Shown: positions 8,789-16,952 of the stretch, piece by piece | Numbering within the stretch: the stretch's first letter is position 1 | How the letters are laid out: each line of letters starts with the position of its first letter | NCBI GenBank assembly: GCA_021107855.1 | Contig: JAIORZ010000011.1 | Location: forward strand, 7,686-71,685 | Reading direction: 5' to 3' | Source of the DNA: an archaeon | GTDB taxonomy: Archaea > Nanobdellota > Nanobdellia > Pacearchaeales > GW2011-AR1 | DNA: 64,000 nucleotides | The notes under the pieces: model-generated | The model's input: the letters and a program-made list of their open reading frames with translations, nothing else | Told to the model about the DNA's origin: nothing | Databases searched by the model: none | Translations under genes and position numbers: made by a program

Positions 8789-9190
8789 ATGGATGAAAGA
8801 TTAGTCTTTAAATTTTATGATATATATACGAAAAATTTACGTAGGTTGCGTTTTTCTTTTATGCCTGGAGCTAGGAGAAAAGTTAAAGGAAATATGAAAT
8901 CTGCTGTTAATGGGATTAAGCGAAACTTGTCCCAAAGTGAGGATATTTTTATTCCTCTTAGAGATGGGTTGATTGAAAAATTACGGGATTGTGGGCAAGA
9001 TTGTTTTTATGATGCCAAGGAAGTCCGAAGGTGGTATGAGGTTATGGAGAGATTAAACAATAGGAGCACGAGGAAAGAGGAATATAGGGAATTGCAACAT
9101 AATTTTAGATTTAGAGAATATCTGAGTAAAGCGGATATTGAGAATTATGCAAAATATTTAGAGAGAGAGTTGGAGCGTAGAAGGGGTTAG
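8789..9190 (+). CDS. hypothetical protein (orphan, atypical composition)
   Basis: 133-aa ORF with a charged helical sequence and no recognisable motif. Its coding strand is A-rich, unlike the flanking + strand genes. Confidence 0.4.
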   Translation: MDERLVFKFYDIYTKNLRRLRFSFMPGARRKVKGNMKSAVNGIKRNLSQSEDIFIPLRDGLIEKLRDCGQDCFYDAKEVRRWYEVMERLNNRSTRKEEYRELQHNFRFREYLSKADIENYAKYLERELERRRG

Positions 9191-9202
9191 GTTGTTAGAA
9201 TT

Positions 9203-9526
9203 TTATTTAAGTTTTATAGCTGTGCCATAAACCAGCATCTCAGCTGCACCTTGCATCACCATCGCTGTTGAGAATCTTACTCCGATTATTGCGTCGGCTT
9301 TCATGTCGATTGCTTGGTTTACCATTCTGTTGAATGCTTCTTCTCTTGCTTGGGTTGTCATTTGGGTGTAAGATTTTATCTCGCCGCCTACGACGTTTTT
9401 GAGTCCGGCCAGAACATCTCTACCTATATGTCTTGCTCTGATAGTGTTTCCTTTTGCTATACCTAAGACTTTTGTGATTTTTTTGCCGGGTATTTCTAGT
9501 GCCGTTGTTGTGGGTAGTTCTTTCAT
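9203..9526 (-). CDS. YbjQ/UPF0145 family protein
   Basis: 107 aa with the family-typical sequence KVLGIAKGNTIRARHIGRDVLAGLKNVVGGEI...AIIGVRF...VYGTAIKL. Confidence 0.75.
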   Translation of the reverse strand: MKELPTTTALEIPGKKITKVLGIAKGNTIRARHIGRDVLAGLKNVVGGEIKSYTQMTTQAREEAFNRMVNQAIDMKADAIIGVRFSTAMVMQGAAEMLVYGTAIKLK

Positions 9527-9693
9527 TTTTTATCCCTCCTTTTCTCTATTTTGTTTTCTTCTTTGTAGAAGATTATTAGTGCGATTCCGATTATGGCTGG
9601 GACTAGGGATGGGATGATTGCGTTGGTTTTTGAGTATATTCCTATTCCGAGAATTATTCCTGCGATTCCCAAGAGGGCGGACTCTTTTGTCAT
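9523..9693 (-). CDS. small two-TM membrane protein (hypothetical; below ORF-track cutoff)
   Basis: Manual translation gives MTKESALLGIAGIILGIGIYSKTNAIIPSLVPAIIGIALIIFYKEENKIEKRRDKK. Its stop overlaps the YbjQ start as ATGA. Confidence 0.45.
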   Translation of the reverse strand: MTKESALLGIAGIILGIGIYSKTNAIIPSLVPAIIGIALIIFYKEENKIEKRRDKK

Positions 9694-9733
9694 GGTTTAG
9701 TAAGGGTATTTTGGTTTATAAGTTTTTAGAAGA

Positions 9734-10921
9734 TTAGAAGGGGAGGTAGAAAATAATTGTTGGGATTAGGATTGCGCCCATTAGGATGCTTTTTCTGGTT
9801 TGGAATTCTATGCAGGTTAGACCTAGTGATGTTGAGACGGCTAAGACGATTAGGCCGAGAATTCCTGTGAAGTAAAATGTGATGGCAGTCAGAAAAATTA
9901 TGATAGCTAGGGAAATTTTACTGTATGGAAATTTGTGGATTATTTTTGCTATCTTTTTTGCGAAGAAGATTGTTATTGGAATTGAGATTATTGATGAGAT
10001 TAGGATTGTTGTGAAAATTGTTAGTAAGTTTGTCGTCGATATTTGGGTTATTTGTGAGATGGCGGCGGCGATTCCTGTTCTTTGTTTCTGGAATAGGTAG
10101 AGAGTTAGGAAGGAGGTAGCGGTCACTAGGGTGTTGATTGACCCGAGGAGGATTAGGAATTGTTCTCGGTTTAGTTTTTTGAATATTGAAGAGCTTATTA
10201 TTGCGGCTTGGCTGGAACCGAGTCCTGGGAGGAAGGAGCAGATTGGAGAGATGAGGATGGTTGCTAGTGTTGGTTTGATTAGTTCTTTTTTGTCGATGTG
10301 GAGTTTTTCCAGGGATTGTTTTGGAGGGATTGATTTTGATTTTATTGAATAAATTATTGTTGAAGTTCCGAATAGTCCTGTCAAAAGTGGGAGGAGGGGT
10401 TGTTGTAGGTTTAGGTTGAAAGTTGCTAAGCCGAGGAATCCTGCTAGGGCAAAAATTAGGATAGATTTCATTTTTTCTTTTTCTGTATAAAGTAGGAAGA
10501 TTGCTACCCAGATTAGGAAGAACGCCATCATTTGTTTGATGAATGGGTAGAGTTTTGGGAGGATGAAGAGGAAGATAGGGATGACGATAATCATTGAGGC
10601 GATTGCGATGGTCGAGCCTATGATGGTCAGTTTTGTTGCGTGGATTCCGAGTCCTTTTAGTAGAAATTTGTGTCCTGGGAGAACCCCTAGGAATGAGTCC
10701 TCGTCTGGTGCTCCGAAGAAGATTGATGGGATGAAGTTTAGGAAAGTGTGTGTTATCGCGGTGCTGGTGAGGAAGATGAGGAGGGTGGTGGTTGGTAGTT
10801 TTAGGAAGAAAGGGATGGAGATTATTATTGTGGCTATGAGGTTGGTGTGGATTCCGGGGGTTAGGCCGCTGATGGTTCCGGAGAGGATGCCGAGGAGCAG
10901 GGGGAGAATTAGGTTGAGCAT
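9734..10921 (-). CDS. polytopic membrane protein, TctA/DUF112-like
   Basis: 395 aa with about 10 TM helices. The N-terminal LLGILSGTISGLTPGIHTN resembles the GxxxGxxPGxG signature of TctA-family proteins. Confidence 0.45.
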   Translation of the reverse strand: MLNLILPLLLGILSGTISGLTPGIHTNLIATIIISIPFFLKLPTTTLLIFLTSTAITHTFLNFIPSIFFGAPDEDSFLGVLPGHKFLLKGLGIHATKLTIIGSTIAIASMIIVIPIFLFILPKLYPFIKQMMAFFLIWVAIFLLYTEKEKMKSILIFALAGFLGLATFNLNLQQPLLPLLTGLFGTSTIIYSIKSKSIPPKQSLEKLHIDKKELIKPTLATILISPICSFLPGLGSSQAAIISSSIFKKLNREQFLILLGSINTLVTATSFLTLYLFQKQRTGIAAAISQITQISTTNLLTIFTTILISSIISIPITIFFAKKIAKIIHKFPYSKISLAIIIFLTAITFYFTGILGLIVLAVSTSLGLTCIEFQTRKSILMGAILIPTIIFYLPF

Positions 10922-10922
10922 T

Positions 10923-11210
10923 TTATTTTAGGACGGAAATTCTTTCGATGATGATTTGTTTTTTATTTTTGTAAATGCTGGATTTTCCTTGGAATTTTAT
11001 TTGGTCGTTTTTATTGAGAGATAGATTTATTTTGTCGAATATAATTAATTCGGCTGAGTGGTTTTCTAGTTGGATTGTGGTTTTTGTAGGGGAATAGTGG
11101 ATTGAGCTTATTGTGGCGGTTTGGATTGATTTTGTTTGGGCGAGGAAGATTAGTAAGAGAATTCCTAGGAGAGTTAAGATAAGAGTTAACTTTTCCGCTC
11201 TTGTTGTCAT
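10923..11210 (-). CDS. membrane-anchored OB-fold-like small protein (hypothetical)
   Basis: 95 aa with an N-terminal TM helix followed by a beta-rich domain. ATGA overlap with the upstream GTPase gene. Confidence 0.4.
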   Translation of the reverse strand: MTTRAEKLTLILTLLGILLLIFLAQTKSIQTATISSIHYSPTKTTIQLENHSAELIIFDKINLSLNKNDQIKFQGKSSIYKNKKQIIIERISVLK

Positions 11211-12121
11211 TCTGTTTGAAACTCTATTATGTCTTTGTCTTTTAGGTGGTGTTCTAATCCGATTATTTGACCGCCGAATTTACTAGATGGTCCCCAGACT
11301 CGTGCTCGTTTGATTTTTTTTGACATTCCTTTTCGAATTTTTTCTGCGGCATCTCTGAAAGTTGAATTTTTCTTTAATATCATTGGTTCTTTACTTGGAA
11401 TTTTTTTGGGTTCTTTTGTGTAGATTCGGATGATTGGGAATGTTTTGAATATCTTTCGTTTTAGTTGTGTGAGTTTCGTTTTAGTCGGTGAATTTGATAG
11501 AAATATGTAGGAGAGTTTTTTGTGTTTTGATTTTAGGGTTGCTTCTATTTTTCTTTTTTCTATTTCTGAGAGGAGGTCTTCTTTATTAAATACTAAGATG
11601 GTTTTTGCGTGGGTTCTGTAAAGGAGGTCTGTGGCTTTTTTGATTTGGTCAAGGTTGTCGATTGTTAGGAGGAGTGTGTCGGTTGAGTTGACGAGGGATT
11701 TGTCGTGGTTTGGGAATGAGGGGATGTCGATGATTTGGATTTGGGCGTCTTTGTAGTGGAAGGTTCCGAGTTGGGGTTGGTATGTTGTGAAAGGGTGTGG
11801 GGAGGTTTTTGTTTCTTGGGACGTTAGGGTTTGGAAGATTGTGGATTTTCCGGTGTTTGGGAATCCTGTGAGGACGCATTGCATATCAGCTTTTTTGATT
11901 CCGACTTGGTTCCCTTTGCCTGATTTTTTTTGTTTGACTAGAGAGGTTTTTAGTTTTTTGTAGCGATTTGTTAAATTCTTTCGCATGTTTTCCGAAGATT
12001 TATGTTTTGGGACTTCCTTCATCATGATTTCTAGGCATACGAGTCTTTCTTCGTCCGAGGTGGCTTCTTGATATTCTTGTTCGGCTTTTTGGTAGAAGGG
12101 TGATTGGTTTGTGCTTGCCAT
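11207..12121 (-). CDS. DRG/Obg-like GTPase with C-terminal TGS domain
   Basis: G1 motif GFPNTGKST, FTTYQP (G2 region), and a C-terminal TGS-like ARVWGPSSKFGGQIIGLEHHLKDKDIIEF. Confidence 0.8.
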   Translation of the reverse strand: MASTNQSPFYQKAEQEYQEATSDEERLVCLEIMMKEVPKHKSSENMRKNLTNRYKKLKTSLVKQKKSGKGNQVGIKKADMQCVLTGFPNTGKSTIFQTLTSQETKTSPHPFTTYQPQLGTFHYKDAQIQIIDIPSFPNHDKSLVNSTDTLLLTIDNLDQIKKATDLLYRTHAKTILVFNKEDLLSEIEKRKIEATLKSKHKKLSYIFLSNSPTKTKLTQLKRKIFKTFPIIRIYTKEPKKIPSKEPMILKKNSTFRDAAEKIRKGMSKKIKRARVWGPSSKFGGQIIGLEHHLKDKDIIEFQTE

Positions 12122-12203
12122 GATTTCTTTCTTTTTAGAAAAAAGAAATTTCTCGCAAGTAAAAAAACTTATTTTCCAAAACTGCGTTTTGATTTAGTTC
12201 CAT
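12122..12203 (-). repeat. intergenic repeat family A, copy 1 (mini-ORF plus hairpin, abuts the DRG start codon)
   Basis: 82 nt, about 90% identical to 42109-42190 by manual alignment. The minus strand reads ATG..MELNQNAVLENKFFYLREISFF..TAA (12203-12135). Confidence 0.85.
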
Positions 12204-12236
12204 AAGGTTTTTAATGTTAGGAGGTTTATTAAATTT

Positions 12237-12467
12237 ATGAGGTTTAGTTTCGTGTGGCTGTTTGTTTTTGTTTTGGTTATGGGTGGGGTTTTTGGAGATG
12301 AAAATGGGACTGAAGAGATTGTTGTTGAAGATGGAGGTTCGGGAGACGGGAAGGTTTTTACTGCTGAGTTTTATGTTGCTTTGTTGATTGGCGTTGTGAT
12401 ATTGGCTCTTCTTGGTTGGGTTGTTTGGTTAGTGATTCGGGGACCGAAGAATAAGTGGGATAAGTAA
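12237..12467 (+). CDS. small type I membrane protein (hypothetical)
   Basis: Signal-peptide-like N-terminus MRFSFVWLFVFVLVMGGVFG, a C-terminal TM helix and a basic tail. GGAGG lies 12 nt upstream of the start. Confidence 0.4.
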   Translation: MRFSFVWLFVFVLVMGGVFGDENGTEEIVVEDGGSGDGKVFTAEFYVALLIGVVILALLGWVVWLVIRGPKNKWDK

Positions 12468-12519
12468 TTGTTTTTGGTTTGCGGTAAAAGTTTAAATAGA
12501 TTAGAAACGTGAATTTGTT

Positions 12520-12906
12520 ATGGTGAAAATAGAGTTGGGGAAGAGAGATTTTATTTGGATTGGGTTGATTGTTGTTTTGTTGGGTGTTGGGGTTGTTTAT
12601 GCTTTTGGGGGAAGTGAGCCTGCTGTTATGGGACATGATGCTGGGGAACTTGGGGGGACTTGTTTGAGCGATGGGACGAATTGTGATGTGACGAGGGCGT
12701 GGGTCAATAACAGAGTTGCTAGTGTAAGCACTTCATTGGGGCAAAGTACTTGTCAGTGGATATATGTTAGTACATGCGGGCATTCTTGTGGTGCAGGGGC
12801 ATATTATCAAGCGGTTTGTCCAGTTGGATATTATATGGCAGGTCACTCGATGTATACTTGGGCTTCGTATGCGACATATAATCATCGAATTTACTGTTGT
12901 AGATAA
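12520..12906 (+). CDS. small Cys-rich surface protein, family member 1 (paralog of 52121-52516)
   Basis: N-terminal KRDFIWIGLIVVLLG anchor, then PAVMGHDAGEL, a Cys-rich body, and a C-terminus ending YCCR. Confidence 0.6.
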   Translation: MVKIELGKRDFIWIGLIVVLLGVGVVYAFGGSEPAVMGHDAGELGGTCLSDGTNCDVTRAWVNNRVASVSTSLGQSTCQWIYVSTCGHSCGAGAYYQAVCPVGYYMAGHSMYTWASYATYNHRIYCCR

Positions 12907-12947
12907 GAAGTAGAAAGGTTGTTAAATTAAGAGATTTTTTTATTTTT

Positions 12948-13613
12948 ATGAAATTAGCTGTTTTGTTTAGTGGGGGAAAGGATTCTAGTTTGGCTTTGCA
13001 TAAGGTTTTGAAACGTGGAGATGATGTTAAATTTTTGTTGAATGTTTTTCCTAAGAATGAGGATAGTTTTATGTTTCATAAGCAGGATTTCGGTTTGTTG
13101 GAGGCGCAGGTTGAGAGGTTGGGGATTGAGATGATTTCGGTTGAGAGCGAGGGGAGGAAAGAGGAGGAATTGGATGATTTAAGGAAGTTGATTGGGAAGA
13201 TTAAGGATGATGTTGAGGGGATTGTGGTTGGAGGGATTGCGTCTTCTTACCAGGGGACGAGGATTGAGAAAATTTGTGGTGAATTTGGGTTGGAATTTGT
13301 TGCACCTATTTTAGATTATGAGTCGGAAAAACTTTGGGAGGAATTGTTGGCGGAAGGTTTTGAGGTTGTGATGATTAAGATTGCTTCTGATGGGATTGGA
13401 AAGGAGTGGCTTGGCCGGGTGATTGACAGGGAGGCTTTTGGTGAGCTGAAGAATTTGGCTGAGAAGTATAAGTTTAGGTTGGATTTTGAGGGTGGCGAGG
13501 CAGAGAGTTGTGTTTTGAATATGCCAGGGTATTCGAAGAGGATTGAGATTGATTTTGAGATTGAGAGTGAGGGGGAGTTTCGGCATTTTATGAGGGGGGT
13601 GAGGGTTAGATGA
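12948..13613 (+). CDS. diphthine-ammonia ligase (Dph6-type PP-loop ATPase, MJ0570 family)
   Basis: PP-loop SGGKDS at aa 8-13; the length and layout are typical of the archaeal family. Confidence 0.75.
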   Translation: MKLAVLFSGGKDSSLALHKVLKRGDDVKFLLNVFPKNEDSFMFHKQDFGLLEAQVERLGIEMISVESEGRKEEELDDLRKLIGKIKDDVEGIVVGGIASSYQGTRIEKICGEFGLEFVAPILDYESEKLWEELLAEGFEVVMIKIASDGIGKEWLGRVIDREAFGELKNLAEKYKFRLDFEGGEAESCVLNMPGYSKRIEIDFEIESEGEFRHFMRGVRVR

Positions 13614-13858
13614 GAGAAAGAGTTTTTACAGAGATTGGATTTGGAAATGGGAGTTTTCTTTCTACGGAAATAGAAGGTAGAAAAAAAGAATATCGAGTTG
13701 GAAAGTTTGTTAAACCGAAAAAAATAGATGGAGTTTATTTGAGGGTGTGGATTTTAAAAAGAGTATTTATTTTATCGAGTTGTGATGGTTTTAAGTTTGG
13801 GAAAAAGAGTAGGATAGATTTTAAATTTTTGTTTGGAGTTCAGGGGATTGGAGTATGA
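13610..13858 (+). CDS. hypothetical small protein
   Basis: 82 aa with ATGA overlaps to both neighbouring genes, which suggests translational coupling. No motif recognised. Confidence 0.4.
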   Translation: MRERVFTEIGFGNGSFLSTEIEGRKKEYRVGKFVKPKKIDGVYLRVWILKRVFILSSCDGFKFGKKSRIDFKFLFGVQGIGV

Positions 13859-14568
13859 ATTTGATTAAAGAAGTTAAAAAGAAGAGAGAGTTTTTTGGGT
13901 TGCCAGATTCTGTTGTGAAGAGAGCGTTGGTGGAATCAAAGGATGATATTAAAGAGGCTCGGAGTTTGCTTCGGAAATATTTTGGTGTGTTTTTGACGAA
14001 TCGGGTTTTGAAGGGGAAGGGGGATTTATTGGGAATTCATATGTCGTCGAAGAAACGTGATTATGGGGAATTTTATTCTAAGATCCTTAAAGGGGTTGAT
14101 GATGTTGGGAGTGTTGTTGATTTGGGATGTGGGGTGAATGGGTTTAGTTATGAATATCTACCTAAAGGTATTGAGTATGTTGGGATTGAGGCTGCGGGGC
14201 AGTTGGTTGAGTTGATGAATGTTTATTTTAAGGAAAAGGATTTTGATGCTCGGGCGGTTTGTTTGGATTTGTTTGACGTTGAAGGAGTTGTGAAAATTTT
14301 AAGGAAGGCAAAGAAATCTCGGGTTGTTCTTATGTTTCAGGTTATTGATGCTTTGGAGAATATGAAGAGGGATTTTTCTAAGGAGTTTATTTCTGTCGTG
14401 ATGGAAAATGTAGAGGTTTTGGTGATTAGTTTGCCGTTGGTTAGTCTGGGTGGGAGGAAGAAGTTTGCGGTTAGAAGGAAGTGGTTGGTTGATTTTTTAA
14501 TAAAGAATTTTGATGTGAAAAAAGATTTTGAGATGTTTGGGGAAAGAATTATTTGTGTTCGTAAATAA
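13855..14568 (+). CDS. SAM-dependent methyltransferase (possibly FmrO/Rmt-like rRNA methyltransferase)
   Basis: Motif I VVDLGCGVNG within a Rossmann-like layout. The subfamily guess rests only on the helical N-terminal domain. Confidence 0.55.
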   Translation: MNLIKEVKKKREFFGLPDSVVKRALVESKDDIKEARSLLRKYFGVFLTNRVLKGKGDLLGIHMSSKKRDYGEFYSKILKGVDDVGSVVDLGCGVNGFSYEYLPKGIEYVGIEAAGQLVELMNVYFKEKDFDARAVCLDLFDVEGVVKILRKAKKSRVVLMFQVIDALENMKRDFSKEFISVVMENVEVLVISLPLVSLGGRKKFAVRRKWLVDFLIKNFDVKKDFEMFGERIICVRK

Positions 14569-14655
14569 ATCATTCACACTTCTCTGGCTCAATGTGAGAG
14601 AATTATAATTGTTGAGAAGCGTTAGGTATTTAAGTTTAGGAATTTTATTTTTATT

Positions 14656-15561
14656 ATGGTGATATATGCTGTTGGGCATAAGAGTCCGGATAGTGATGCG
14701 GTTTGTGCGGCTATTGCTGTTGCGGAGCTGAAGAGGCAATTAGGTGTTGAGTGTGAGGCGAGAATTTCTGAGGAGCTTAATACGGAGACTAAGTTTGTTT
14801 TGGAAAAATTTGGGGTTGCGGTGCCTGAGATTTTGAAAAGTGCAAAAGATGAGAAAATTATTTTGGTTGACCATACGGAATTGTCGCAGGCTGTTGATGG
14901 TATGGACGAGGCGGATATTGTAGGGATTGTTGACCATCATAATCTTGGGGATGTTAGTACGGATAGTCCGGTTGATATTTTGGTTCGTCCGCTTGGGAGC
15001 ACGTGCACTATTCTTAAGGGTTTGTTTGATTTTTTTAAGAAAGAGATTCCTGAAGATATTGCCGGAATAATGCTTTGTGCTCTTTTGAGTGATACTGTTA
15101 TTTTTAGGTCGCCTACTACTACGGATGTGGATAGGTGGGTTGCTGACGAGTTGGCGGAAATTGCTGGTGTCGAGGATGTTGAGGCGTTGGGGGTTGAGAT
15201 GTTTAAGGTTAGGTCGGATATTAAGGGGATAAGTGCTAAGCGTTTAGTGACGAGGAATTATAAGAATTATGAGATGAATGGGAAAAAGATTGGGATTGGT
15301 CAGTTGGAGTTGGCTGGTTTGGATGAGGCTTTGAAGATGAAGGATAAGTTGTTGAAGGAGGCTGTGAAGTTGAAGAAGGGGCGGTATGCGGTTTTTTTGA
15401 TGTTGACTGATGTTTTGAAGCAAGGGACGGAGTTGATTTGTATTAGTGGGGATAAACATTTAGAGAGGAAGGTTTTTGGTTGTGGTGAGGATTGTTGGGT
15501 TGGTGGTATGATGAGTCGGAAGAAGCAGGTTGTTCCTAAACTAGAAGAATTCTTTGAGTAA
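14656..15561 (+). CDS. ppaC: manganese-dependent inorganic pyrophosphatase (family II, DHH-DHHA2)
   Basis: GHKSPDSDAVCAA, ILVDHTE, IVDHHNLGD, and C-terminal DHHA2-like SRKKQVVP. Confidence 0.85.
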   Translation: MVIYAVGHKSPDSDAVCAAIAVAELKRQLGVECEARISEELNTETKFVLEKFGVAVPEILKSAKDEKIILVDHTELSQAVDGMDEADIVGIVDHHNLGDVSTDSPVDILVRPLGSTCTILKGLFDFFKKEIPEDIAGIMLCALLSDTVIFRSPTTTDVDRWVADELAEIAGVEDVEALGVEMFKVRSDIKGISAKRLVTRNYKNYEMNGKKIGIGQLELAGLDEALKMKDKLLKEAVKLKKGRYAVFLMLTDVLKQGTELICISGDKHLERKVFGCGEDCWVGGMMSRKKQVVPKLEEFFE

Positions 15562-15660
15562 TTTTGATTTTCAATGCTTTATACTTCGTTGGACGAACCC
15601 TCACGTACCTCTGTACGCCACAGAACCGTTCGCCTCGTCTAAATCTATTGAAAATAAAAA
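15562..15660 (+). repeat. structured repeat family B, copy 1 (candidate 3' UTR RNA element)
   Basis: Terminal helix ttttgattttcaat/attgaaaataaaaa, a conserved core GCTTTATACTTCGTTG...CGTACctctGTACGCCAC...CTAAATCT, placed directly after the ppaC stop. Confidence 0.8.
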
Positions 15661-15709
15661 TTGTTTTTTGTTTGGAAATGTATTTAAGTGGAATTTTTCT
15701 TGTTGGTTT

Positions 15710-16903
15710 ATGAAATTTCAGAAGAAAGTTTTGGATAACGGGCTGACTGTTTTATTTGAGAAGCGGGATGTTGATGTGACGACGGTGATGTTGGGGGTGA
15801 AGTATGGTTCGGGTTATGATTCGGTTGAGGAGAAAGGGATGGCGCATTTTATTGAGCATTTGTGTTTTAAGGGGACGGAGAAGAGAAATGTTAAGGAGGT
15901 TGTTGATGAAGTTGAGAAGATTGGTGGTGAGTTGAATGCGTTTACCCATGAAGAGACAACGGCTTATTATGTAAAGTTGCCTTCGAAGCATTTTGGGGTT
16001 GCTATGGATGTAATTTTTGATATTTTTTTCAATCCGATTTTTCCTGAGGAAGATGTTGCTCGTGAGGCGAGTGTTATTTGTGAGGAGATCAAAATGATTA
16101 AAGATAATCCGATGAGACATACTCTGGAGGAGATCAAAGGAAATTTGTATGAGGAGCCGTTTGGTTATTTTGGTGGTGGGAGAGCTGAAGTTGTTAGAGC
16201 GATGACAAGAGAGCAGTTGAAGGGTAAACATGATAAGATTTATATTCCGAAAAATTCTGTTCTTTGTGTTGTAGGGAATAATAATTTTGAGGAAGTTGTT
16301 TCTTTGGCTGAGAAGTTGTCTGGAGAGAATGAATCACGTGTGAAAGTAGAGTTGCCCGAAATTGTTTTGAAGAATGTTAAAAACGAAGAAAAGAGGGCTG
16401 GCTTGGAGCAGGCGAATGTTACACTTGGTTTTCATTTTCCGAAAGCTGGGAATGAAGGTAATTATGCGGCTGAGATTTTTTCTGCTATTTTGGGGCATGG
16501 GATGAGTAGTAAACTTTTTAGTGAGGTTAGGGAAAAGAGGGGGCTTGTCTATGGAGTTAAGACGGATTTGGATAATGGGAAAAATTATGGTTATATGGTA
16601 ATTTGGGCTGGGACTGACCCAGCTAAAGTTGAGGAAGTGAAGAAGATTTGTTTGGAGGAGTTTGGGAAGATGGGGAATATTAGTCAGAAAGAGTTGGAGG
16701 AGGCGAAAGTCCAGGTTGTTGGGAACAGAAAAGTTGAATCGGAGGGTTCGAGTGAGACGGCTGTGAATTTGATTATGGAGGAGATTGCTGGGGACGCCGA
16801 GGAATATTATGATTATGAAAAAAAGATTAATGAGGTGACGTTGGAGGATATTAAGGGATTGGCTTCGAAGACAGAATTTGCTTCATTTAGTCTTGGTCCG
16901 TAG
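15710..16903 (+). CDS. M16 family zinc peptidase (pitrilysin-like)
   Basis: Inverted zinc motif HFIEH (HxxEH) followed by EE...E. The track ORF start at 15554 reads through repeat B, so ATG 15710 (MKFQKKVLDNG) was chosen. Confidence 0.8.
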   Translation: MKFQKKVLDNGLTVLFEKRDVDVTTVMLGVKYGSGYDSVEEKGMAHFIEHLCFKGTEKRNVKEVVDEVEKIGGELNAFTHEETTAYYVKLPSKHFGVAMDVIFDIFFNPIFPEEDVAREASVICEEIKMIKDNPMRHTLEEIKGNLYEEPFGYFGGGRAEVVRAMTREQLKGKHDKIYIPKNSVLCVVGNNNFEEVVSLAEKLSGENESRVKVELPEIVLKNVKNEEKRAGLEQANVTLGFHFPKAGNEGNYAAEIFSAILGHGMSSKLFSEVREKRGLVYGVKTDLDNGKNYGYMVIWAGTDPAKVEEVKKICLEEFGKMGNISQKELEEAKVQVVGNRKVESEGSSETAVNLIMEEIAGDAEEYYDYEKKINEVTLEDIKGLASKTEFASFSLGP

Positions 16904-16952
16904 AAATATAAGATAGAAAGTTTTTGAGGGTTTATATGATTGTTGGTTTTTG

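Noticed and set aside
15562-15660. Possible 22-codon ORF inside repeat B. Copy 1 reads MLYTSLDEPSRTSVRHRTVRLV, and the copy at 57024 keeps the same frame open as LLYTSLKEHSRTLVRHATFRLA.
   Set aside because: The copy at 57024 has no ATG, and the copy at 23313 has in-frame stops. Differences between the two copies are mostly non-synonymous, while the helices covary. RNA or DNA structure explains the conservation better than coding does.
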